Source: a virus (taxonomy: Duplodnaviria > Caudoviricetes). Taken from it: 51,636 nucleotides of DNA. Made by a program: the position numbers and the translations under genes. Below the pieces are notes generated by a model, which was not told the origin of the DNA, ran no database searches, and worked only from the letters and a program-made list of their open reading frames with translations. Location of the stretch: IMG/VR virus record IMGVR_UViG_3300025087_001438, positions 1 through 51,636 of that record, one strand, 5' to 3'. Positions 44,191-51,636 of the stretch are shown here, one piece after another (within the stretch, counting starts at the first letter, position 1; each line of letters starts with the position of its first letter).

Positions 44191-46842
44191 TTATGGTACA
44201 AGTTGTAGCTCCCTAGAACTTTTTTTAAGCCGACTTCTGATAGCTTTGACTCTAGTTCTGGGATTGATTTTACTTTCTTGATAAGTTCTTTTGAGGTCAT
44301 CTGTCGCATACTGACCGTATTGTTCACCCCATTTATCCAAAGCTTGAGCCAACTGTTCATTATAATCATCGGCTATCCTTTGGGCTTCGTCAACATTGCC
44401 CGCTTCGTAGGCTTCGTCAAACTTCTTTAACTGGTCGTCTTTGCTCGAAGAACCAACTTTCAGATTCTGGAAGAAGTTTTTGGTGGCCTTTTGCTGTCCC
44501 GTAGAAGCTCCTTGCTGCTTAAGTTTTTCAATATGCTCTGTTTGTTTATCGGAAATATTTAAGTCTTTAATGCCATAGGTTTGGACGCCTGTGCCAAAAA
44601 AGCCAGGAACTGCCATAGTGATTCCCTTTACCACGTCTTCTTCATTTTTAGCCGCATCGTAGGCTGATTGGAAGTTTAGGGGGGCGAACAGCCTAGCAAT
44701 CTCAGTATACGGATTGACTGGCTGGCCACTGCGGTCTTCCCCTCTTATAAAATGTCCAGCTGTAGCGAAAATTGGGTTTAATTTATTCTCGACCAAGTTC
44801 CCAGCGATGCTGATTCTATCAGCCCCGCCATAAGGTTTATCTTCTCCAGATAACACTGTAACTTTTCCAGTTTGGGAACTTTTATTTTCACCGGATAGTT
44901 CTCTCCAAGCAAAAACTATATTCTGTTGAAAACCACCTAGTACGTCATAACGGGTATCGCCGAACTTAGCTTTTAGAAAGTCGGCACTGCGAGGGTCGGT
45001 TTCTATCTCCGCTCCCATAGCGTTTAGAGCAGTCAGAACTGTTCCGGCAACAGCCGCGAAAGCCCCAGCCGATTGCAAGGCTTGTTTTTGGGCTGGGCCA
45101 CTCAGACGGGCATAGTAATAAGGGTTGAGCGTATTCAGGCGGGAAGCCCACAGGCGTGGAGAGAAAAGTGTGGTGGATAATAGACCAGCGTGTTTGCTTA
45201 AAAGTCCGCCAGCTTTGCCTCCTCGACCAGAAGCAGTGTTTATAAACTCACCCAAATCTTTCAGCTCTCTAGGAGTTAGGTTCTGTTTCACCCAATCTAT
45301 TCCGCCATAAGAATCAATTAGCTTTTTAGCGACATCAAATCTAAATCTGGTAGCTGTGCCATCATAAGCCCGGGCAGTCCGTCTGATACCAGGTATCTTA
45401 CCGGCTATATCAAGCGCCACAAAAGCCTCTTCACTTTGCTTAGTGATGCCAGTCAAGGCAACACCCATATCCTTGCTCATCACCTCATATTCAGGCGCTT
45501 TAGCCATTCTAACCATTTCTTTATTGAAGTAACTTTCGTTTTTCATGTATTTAACAGATTCAATATTAGCTCTCGTCCATTCTTTGGGATGACGAGAGCC
45601 AAGTACCAGTCCCTGTCTTAAACCGAATGATAAATCAAGAAAAGAAGTCATAACAGTTCTAGGTACTCCAACGAGCTGGGCTGCCAAGTTTTTCATCCGT
45701 TCAAAGATTGGTATGCTAGAACGCACGGTATCGGCCATTTCTTTGCCGAAAGCATTTTCGAGAAGTTTAATATCGCTGAAAGTCGGTACTCCGTCTTCCC
45801 CGTGGGTGGCTTTACGAAGAGCTGTCTGGGTATTGAACCTAGCTGAATTCGGTTCAAGTCCTAATCTAGTGAAAGTCTCATCTGGTAAGGACTGAACGTG
45901 TGCTCGACCTTGGGTAAATATATCTTCGGCCTTGTCTGGGCTGAATTTCTGAGCTATACCACTAAATTCCACTTTTGGCAGTTCCCCCTGAAGGGCTGAC
46001 CGTTCCGCAAAGTAACCTTCGCTTCCTTCTAATTTCTTACCAGCAGCTTTAGAGGCAGTAAATTTTTTACCTCTAGCTTGGGAGTAAAGTATTTCTTGCT
46101 CACGCCTCAACCCTTTGGCTCCTTTAACTGGAGTAACACCTTTGCTGGCCGGTGTGCCCCTGAGAAGATTAGTGATGTCTTGGGCTATGACTGGTGGTTC
46201 TGGCAGAACCTCACCTTTAATGGCTTGCGGAGGCAAAATACTGGGTGGGGTTGTTTTCCCTTTATTTAATATATTTTCAATAGCATAGCGGTCAGTAGCG
46301 ACAGCTATTTGCCGAGCCGTATCGTCATCTATCTTACCCAAGACTTTTTTAACATCTTGGGCGGTTTTGGCCTTGATTAACTTGTTAGTAACTTTGGAAC
46401 CAGGTAGGAATGGGACGTCACCAGCGGCCATTAAACTGGCAATCCCTAAAGCGGCTGGGACACCCCTACCAGCTTCTCTTTGTTGGCCGTAGGTTTCTTG
46501 ATAGGAACTAATCGGTTCATCGCCAAAAATAGCTTTGAATAATTCCTGGTTTCTAACTTCATCTGGGTTGATAGTTTCTCCACCAAATAAACTCTGACCG
46601 GTTCGAAGTACGGGACGGGTGATGTAGGTCTGGGCTACTTTTTGAGCACCACCTAAATCTCGACGGGCAGCTTCAGCTTGGCCACGTACCCCCGAAACAT
46701 TAGCTGCCCCTAGACGGGTAAGGTTATAGGGGGTAGTAGCTACTTTACCGACATCACTACCAACATCACGCAAGAAACCAAAAACCCCCCCACCAGGTTT
46801 CTCGTCGCCTCTGGCAAGTTTCTTAAGGAAATTAAAAGCCAT
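44191..46842 (-). CDS. Large internal virion/DNA ejection protein
   Basis: 883 aa, helical; DPRSADF.K...YD..GG and FFG.GVQTY motifs; last of three core-protein genes. Confidence 0.65.
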   Translation of the reverse strand: MAFNFLKKLARGDEKPGGGVFGFLRDVGSDVGKVATTPYNLTRLGAANVSGVRGQAEAARRDLGGAQKVAQTYITRPVLRTGQSLFGGETINPDEVRNQELFKAIFGDEPISSYQETYGQQREAGRGVPAALGIASLMAAGDVPFLPGSKVTNKLIKAKTAQDVKKVLGKIDDDTARQIAVATDRYAIENILNKGKTTPPSILPPQAIKGEVLPEPPVIAQDITNLLRGTPASKGVTPVKGAKGLRREQEILYSQARGKKFTASKAAGKKLEGSEGYFAERSALQGELPKVEFSGIAQKFSPDKAEDIFTQGRAHVQSLPDETFTRLGLEPNSARFNTQTALRKATHGEDGVPTFSDIKLLENAFGKEMADTVRSSIPIFERMKNLAAQLVGVPRTVMTSFLDLSFGLRQGLVLGSRHPKEWTRANIESVKYMKNESYFNKEMVRMAKAPEYEVMSKDMGVALTGITKQSEEAFVALDIAGKIPGIRRTARAYDGTATRFRFDVAKKLIDSYGGIDWVKQNLTPRELKDLGEFINTASGRGGKAGGLLSKHAGLLSTTLFSPRLWASRLNTLNPYYYARLSGPAQKQALQSAGAFAAVAGTVLTALNAMGAEIETDPRSADFLKAKFGDTRYDVLGGFQQNIVFAWRELSGENKSSQTGKVTVLSGEDKPYGGADRISIAGNLVENKLNPIFATAGHFIRGEDRSGQPVNPYTEIARLFAPLNFQSAYDAAKNEEDVVKGITMAVPGFFGTGVQTYGIKDLNISDKQTEHIEKLKQQGASTGQQKATKNFFQNLKVGSSSKDDQLKKFDEAYEAGNVDEAQRIADDYNEQLAQALDKWGEQYGQYATDDLKRTYQESKINPRTRVKAIRSRLKKSSRELQLVP

Positions 46843-46845
46843 GAG

Positions 46846-48048
46846 TCAATCCAATATACTAGAGCCACGGGCGTTTTGGCTAGGGACTTGGGCAGAACCG
46901 CCCCCAAACCCATAGGCATTATATGGTAAGTTTCCCAATACTGTCTGTGGGTCGGCAAATATCCGCCGTGAAGATGGTTGACCAATGCCAGTAGGAATTC
47001 GCAGAGGCCCAATTTTTCGTGTAGAAACTACAGGAGTTTTGGGGGTGCCTGGGAGGCCGTAATACTTATTGTAATGCTGGCGGAAGTAGTCCATTATTTT
47101 CTGGGTGAAATCATCTGGCGATGAGTTTTTAGCTAAATGTTCAGACCATAATTTTTTCAAGCCAGGGTCATTATCTACAGTTGTTTTAACGTAAGCGGCT
47201 GCCTCTTTATCGCCAGTTTCCATGTCTTGCATGGACTGAACAAACTTATTAAGACGGGTGTAGTCCGAAACGTATTGCTGGTCTTCAGGGTTATCGGAGT
47301 CCTTGACAATTTCAGTTGGTCTTGTACCTGTTCTTTGCGATACTGTCGCAACATCCACTTGGTTGCCTTGGGGGTCAATGAAGTCATAGCCGCCATTATC
47401 TTTGGGAACTTTTTTATACTTACTGAAATCGGCCATATCTTGCTCTAATTGCTGGGTTTTGGCTTCCACGTCTTTTTGGTACTTGATTTGTTCCTCTCCG
47501 ATATTAGCCAATGCCCCAGTGGCGATTTCAGATTGAGGCAGCTGAAAACTACTTCGGTAAAGATTGGCTATTTCCGGGGAAGCGTCTAAGGGCGAAGGTG
47601 GGGCTTGGATATTACGGGCACCCAATACAGCATCTCTAAGAGCTTGGACTTGGGCGGGGTCAAAACCAGCTGTCACTGAACTACCGGCACTGGGATTGTA
47701 ACTAGTGCCACCGCCTGATGAAGCGGCTGACGGGCCACCTGGATAGGGGCGATTACCCAGAGCACCGAACTTCTTACCTTGGTAAGAATTATTCTCACCC
47801 CAATCTTTATAACCTCGTTGCTGGAAACGCCTGAGAGCATCCTGGATTTGCTGTTCAGGGGTGGCAATTGAACCTCTGGGACTTTGGGACTGGAACAAAC
47901 CGTAAGAAGCGCCCCTGTCACCTACAGCTTCTGGTCGTCCGCCTGATTCACCTTGGATGACATAGAGCATTTTATCGACTTCCGAAGCCGGAAAAATGCT
48001 GGCTAAGCGAGCACGCCATTGTTCAACTGCTGGGGAGTAGGCCATCAA
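46846..48048 (-). CDS. Internal virion protein with N-terminal lytic transglycosylase-like domain
   Basis: ESGGRPEAVGD.GASYGLFQ is an SLT/lysozyme-like motif. Confidence 0.75.
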   Translation of the reverse strand: MMAYSPAVEQWRARLASIFPASEVDKMLYVIQGESGGRPEAVGDRGASYGLFQSQSPRGSIATPEQQIQDALRRFQQRGYKDWGENNSYQGKKFGALGNRPYPGGPSAASSGGGTSYNPSAGSSVTAGFDPAQVQALRDAVLGARNIQAPPSPLDASPEIANLYRSSFQLPQSEIATGALANIGEEQIKYQKDVEAKTQQLEQDMADFSKYKKVPKDNGGYDFIDPQGNQVDVATVSQRTGTRPTEIVKDSDNPEDQQYVSDYTRLNKFVQSMQDMETGDKEAAAYVKTTVDNDPGLKKLWSEHLAKNSSPDDFTQKIMDYFRQHYNKYYGLPGTPKTPVVSTRKIGPLRIPTGIGQPSSRRIFADPQTVLGNLPYNAYGFGGGSAQVPSQNARGSSILD

Positions 48049-49322
48049 AAATATCCCCCGTAGGCATTGCGAGCCTGGGACATTCGGGCTGGGTCGCTGA
48101 GGCTGGTTAGGAATTCATTAAAGACTATTTGCCTTTGCCTTTTTTCCTCGGCTAAGAAAGCGTCTTGGCGCTGTTTTTCCAGTTCGTTGCGTCTGGCTTC
48201 TTCAGTAACCGACCTTGGGCCGCCGGTTTCACCATGCACTGCGTAGTAAGAATCAATATCGAATTTGGCCTGGGCTTTGGTCTGCTTAGAAGCCAGAGCC
48301 GCTGCTTCTTTTCTCTGGGCAGCCGTGGTTTTGGTACCGACTTCCTCTTGGCCTTTTTTAGTTTTAGCCAACTCACCGCTACGAGCTAGGTCTTCCTGTT
48401 TTTGTTTGGCTTCCAAGTTTATCTGGGACTCTTCCTGGCCTTTCTTGGTCGTGGCCAGTTCCCCACCTCGTACTAGGTCGCCAAGGGTGCGGGACTGGAA
48501 TAGCTTTTGCTCGGTGCGGGCTTGGCCAAAAGCCTCTTCTTGACGGCCTTCAGCAGTAACCTGGGCTTCTTGACTGCGTTCACGAGCTTGACCTCCTAGC
48601 CCGCCACTTAACCCCCTGGTAGCCAGTTCACGGGCTAGGGCAATTCTTTGCTCATCGGCTTGGGTACCGGTATCAGTCTGGAAAACATCGGCTTGTTGGT
48701 TGATGTTAGCTACGTTCGTACCGACATCTTCAATCGTCCGGCCCTTGGTGATGTCAAATCCAGCCAAGGTGTCAGTTAAGTTTTTCTCCAGTTGCCCGAC
48801 ACTCAGACCTCTGGTTTGTTCAAGCTGTTGGCCAGTAGCCGTGTAAGCCGCCAAGGTATCCATTAAGTTCTTCTCCAAATCAGCTAGTTTTATAGTTAAG
48901 TCTTCATCGGTCTGTTTGCCTATAAGCTTATTAGACTCCTCTGCTTGTTCATTAGTTAAGTTGAAAGCCTGTTCACGCAGTGAGCGGTCTATACCCTCTT
49001 GTTTAAGAAAAGTATCCAGTAACTTGGTGTAGTAGGGATTAACGGCACCTTCAGCGGCTTGACGGGCTTTGGCTTGATTGGCGGCAATATCGTATGAAGG
49101 GATTGGCGGCGGAGGGGGAGTGAAGTATTGGGTAGAAGTCTGTCGTGGGGGAGTGCTGTAACCGCTGTTTCTTAGAATTGGCGATGAAACCGGAGCTGGC
49201 TTAGGCGGTTGATAGATTGGAATTGAAATAGGCCCCAGTCGATTGACCGATAGAGTTCCACCACTAGCAGGAGGTATCCTGGCATTTTGGAGGAGTTGGG
49301 TGATATTAGGAAAAAGTGCCAT
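48045..49322 (-). CDS. Internal virion/ejection protein (coiled-coil, internal repeats)
   Basis: Q/E/A-rich; repeats LEKNL.DTLA and DL.R.GELA.TKKGQEE. Confidence 0.6.
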   Translation of the reverse strand: MALFPNITQLLQNARIPPASGGTLSVNRLGPISIPIYQPPKPAPVSSPILRNSGYSTPPRQTSTQYFTPPPPPIPSYDIAANQAKARQAAEGAVNPYYTKLLDTFLKQEGIDRSLREQAFNLTNEQAEESNKLIGKQTDEDLTIKLADLEKNLMDTLAAYTATGQQLEQTRGLSVGQLEKNLTDTLAGFDITKGRTIEDVGTNVANINQQADVFQTDTGTQADEQRIALARELATRGLSGGLGGQARERSQEAQVTAEGRQEEAFGQARTEQKLFQSRTLGDLVRGGELATTKKGQEESQINLEAKQKQEDLARSGELAKTKKGQEEVGTKTTAAQRKEAAALASKQTKAQAKFDIDSYYAVHGETGGPRSVTEEARRNELEKQRQDAFLAEEKRQRQIVFNEFLTSLSDPARMSQARNAYGGYF

Positions 49323-49355
49323 ACTGTTTTATTAATAGGATACTGGTAGTTAATC

Positions 49356-49370
49356 CACAATAGTCTGTTA
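49356..49370 (-). promoter_or_regulatory. Late-gene motif copy (TAACAGACTATTGTG)
   Basis: Includes the upstream TAA; 32 nt to ATG 49322. Confidence 0.75.
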
Positions 49371-50111
49371 GTTGGCCGACTCTTGTAAAAGGAAAATCTT
49401 GATAGTCTTAGTACCCGTGCTGGCTGTCCCCCCAGTCGCCACGCAGGAACTTAGCAAATAGATGTTTGAAGCATCAGCATCCACTGAGTAAGTTATCCAG
49501 TTACAGACCGTGCCTGAAACATTAGTATAGGTTGTCCAGGGCAAAGAACGGAAACGGTTGGGTGTGTAGTCGGTGTCCTGGATGAAGGCCAAGACCGTTG
49601 GGATAAAGTTTAGCCCGTGGGCAATGCTGACAGTCGTTGAACCACTGGCGAATGAACCAGCGGCGGCCGTAGCTGTGGCGTCGGTAGTAGTGGCCGTAAC
49701 ACTGTCCACAATTTTGAATATATTTTGGTCACTGTTGAAGACTAGTTGGTCAAGTAATGCCGAAGTGACATCATAACCAGACTTGGCTATTTTCAAAGCC
49801 GTTGAACCATCAGTAAATCTGCCGAACTGGGCGATATTTACGCCACTGGTATCCAGTATCCTAAGACCGAACGCCCCATCATCCAGCTGGCCTTGGGTTA
49901 TAACTGCGTTGCCGTCATCATCAAAGTAAGTTTGTTTGCCAACTCTGCCTTCCATTAAGATATTTCTCATTCGGAAAGCATCACCAATAGCACCGCTAAT
50001 TTGGGCGCTGTCAAAACGTATCTGGCTGGAAGGCACAGTCGTTAGTTTGTCTACTGAGCGGCTTAAGAACTTATCTAAGCCCGAATCTTCGTAACTATAT
50101 TCATTATCCAT
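49368..50111 (-). CDS. Tail-associated structural protein
   Basis: 247 aa; LKIAKSGYDV...LVFNSD and IAHGLNFIP patterns are typical of tail proteins. Confidence 0.65.
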   Translation of the reverse strand: MDNEYSYEDSGLDKFLSRSVDKLTTVPSSQIRFDSAQISGAIGDAFRMRNILMEGRVGKQTYFDDDGNAVITQGQLDDGAFGLRILDTSGVNIAQFGRFTDGSTALKIAKSGYDVTSALLDQLVFNSDQNIFKIVDSVTATTTDATATAAAGSFASGSTTVSIAHGLNFIPTVLAFIQDTDYTPNRFRSLPWTTYTNVSGTVCNWITYSVDADASNIYLLSSCVATGGTASTGTKTIKIFLLQESAN

Positions 50112-51636
50112 TGACCGTTACCTCAGCTAACGTCCACCAAGTCGTTATCCCGTTCCAGACCCCTGGGTCGCCGACCTCATTATGGACAAACTTAAAGTCA
50201 ATATCCCGCCCCTCGATAATTTCCCCGCCAGTTGGGAACAATAATTTCTCCACGTTCTTATTTACTTGGCCTAGAGTCCTGAAAGCTCCCCCATCAATGG
50301 AGTATTGTAATTGAGCGCCTCTGGCATTTTCCGAGTCGACCAAGACTGACAAGTAGCGTTTGGTCTGGTCGGTACCAAAATTATTCCTGCCTAGCTGAAC
50401 TTCCATCGGTATGGGGTCGACATGGTCGCGGTTAGTCGTTTCATCACGAAACAGATTGCCTAGCTCATCAGTGAAGTACGGTTTGGTGTAGCCATGCATA
50501 GTGTGGTTGAACTGGAAACGGAACTCCCGCTTATGTTCCTCAGTCCACCAGGCGTTAAGGTCAAAGTCGTAACACAAGCGGTAGACTTTTTTGGCTGAAA
50601 CGGCAGTTGTAGTGGATGTGGAGGTACTGGAAGTCGAAGATGAAGTCGTGCTGACTGAGGTGGAACTAGTCGAGGTAGTTATGGTCGTAAACGAACTAGT
50701 ACTAGTAGAAGTGCTGGAAGTCGAAGTGCTGGAGGTCGAGCTGGATGTAGAGCTGGTGCTAGTAGACGAAGTGGAGGTGGAGGTTGTTACGCTTTCTAAG
50801 GGTAACAATTCGCCCACCGCCACTTTATACACCCGACCAACTGCGACAGCTGAAGCTTTAGGGAAATTGGTCTGGTTAATAGCTCTGATGTAGGGGTCGA
50901 TGGCTCTTGACAGTAATTGGAGTTGGCCAGTATTGTCGTTATAGGCCCAGACACCAGTGGTATGTAGCCAGATAGTCCAGGAGCCGATATTTTGGATGGT
51001 TTCGTGCGATACACAGCCGATTGTTTCGGAAACGGTAATCAGATTAGCCCCGTCCCATTTTAAGAAAGAGTTTTTAGTGAACAGGAACAGCCGGTTGTTG
51101 TTCTTACCCCAACCAGTAAACTCCGGTTTGGCTTCACGGCCTGGTGGTACTCGTTCCCAGTCAGCCGTTTCGGGAGTCTTGTAATCGGTGTTCCAAAAGC
51201 GTGACAGCTTGCCTTTAGTGTCGGTCAGCCAGATTTCATCGTTGTCTTTGACATTCAGGGTGGCCATCTCAAAGCTGAAGCGGTTGTTCTTTTTATCAAC
51301 AGCTACGACGCTCAAGCCGGTAACCAATCGGGCTTCGGTGCCACTTGAGTAAATATCCAGCTGCATACCGGCTTTGATGTAGCGTACCGAATCAACCCGT
51401 ATATTTTGTAGTAGTCCCGCCTGGTCGGTCTGGACTTGGGTGATAAAACCCAGCGGTGGTGAGGACTTATAAAACCGGTCAAAGTAATACTTACCATTGA
51501 CATAGCAGTTGATAGCGTACAGTTCCCCATTATACTCAGTGATGAACTTGGAGGCTGGAGCTTTATAAACGTTGCGGGTGGTAGAAGTACTCAAGGTGTA
51601 GTCAATGTTGGTCAGGGGCAGATAATTATTATTAGC
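50104..51636 (-). CDS. 3' part of the tail hub/stabilisation-like (P22 gp10-like) protein, with an internal Ser/Thr tract
   Basis: Beta-propeller-like repeats (LFLFTKNS, IGCVSHETI, GVWAYN); S/T tract at ~50605-50787; N-terminus lies across the origin at 404. Confidence 0.7.
   Translation of the reverse strand, partial: ANNNYLPLTNIDYTLSTSTTRNVYKAPASKFITEYNGELYAINCYVNGKYYFDRFYKSSPPLGFITQVQTDQAGLLQNIRVDSVRYIKAGMQLDIYSSGTEARLVTGLSVVAVDKKNNRFSFEMATLNVKDNDEIWLTDTKGKLSRFWNTDYKTPETADWERVPPGREAKPEFTGWGKNNNRLFLFTKNSFLKWDGANLITVSETIGCVSHETIQNIGSWTIWLHTTGVWAYNDNTGQLQLLSRAIDPYIRAINQTNFPKASAVAVGRVYKVAVGELLPLESVTTSTSTSSTSTSSTSSSTSSTSTSSTSTSTSSFTTITTSTSSTSVSTTSSSTSSTSTSTTTAVSAKKVYRLCYDFDLNAWWTEEHKREFRFQFNHTMHGYTKPYFTDELGNLFRDETTNRDHVDPIPMEVQLGRNNFGTDQTKRYLSVLVDSENARGAQLQYSIDGGAFRTLGQVNKNVEKLLFPTGGEIIEGRDIDFKFVHNEVGDPGVWNGITTWWTLAEVTVNG
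51623..51636. repeat. 14-bp terminal direct repeat, right copy
   Basis: Identical to 1-14. Confidence 0.9.

Overview
This window looks like a complete circular, or circularly permuted, tailed dsDNA phage genome of about 51,622 bp. The last 14 nt repeat the first 14 nt, and a tail gene reads in frame across the junction. The layout is podovirus-like (P22-type portal, adaptor, tail-hub and ejection proteins; no tape measure). A long minus-strand late region runs terS, terL, portal, scaffold, decoration protein, major capsid, then tail, ejection and lysis genes. A short plus-strand early region (about 33.0-39.8 kb) encodes many small proteins, a Cas4-like nuclease, an SSB-like protein and a RusA-like resolvase. 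I recognise no integrase, DNA polymerase, helicase, tRNA or CRISPR array. The main feature is a ~17.5 kb glycan-biosynthesis cluster inside the structural region: about 11 glycosyltransferases, 6 methyltransferases, a GMD/RMD-like SDR, a His-type ColD/E1-like PLP enzyme, an NDP-sugar dehydrogenase, a deacetylase-like protein and GroES. Six probable virion proteins, on both sides of the cluster, carry similar proline-free Ser/Thr tracts; one is a 420-aa protein that is almost all Ser/Thr. This suggests a phage-encoded O-glycosylation system with a portable acceptor tag. Other notable signals: a six-copy late-gene motif (AGACTATTGT core) overlapping stop codons, a Zn-finger cassette with frame-independent TGTCCGGG repeats and a matching operator, a candidate tiny antisense RNA, an orphan Phd-like antitoxin, and an ATC-start or TAG-readthrough gene. 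All protein calls come from motif recognition by eye, not database searches. The host is unknown.
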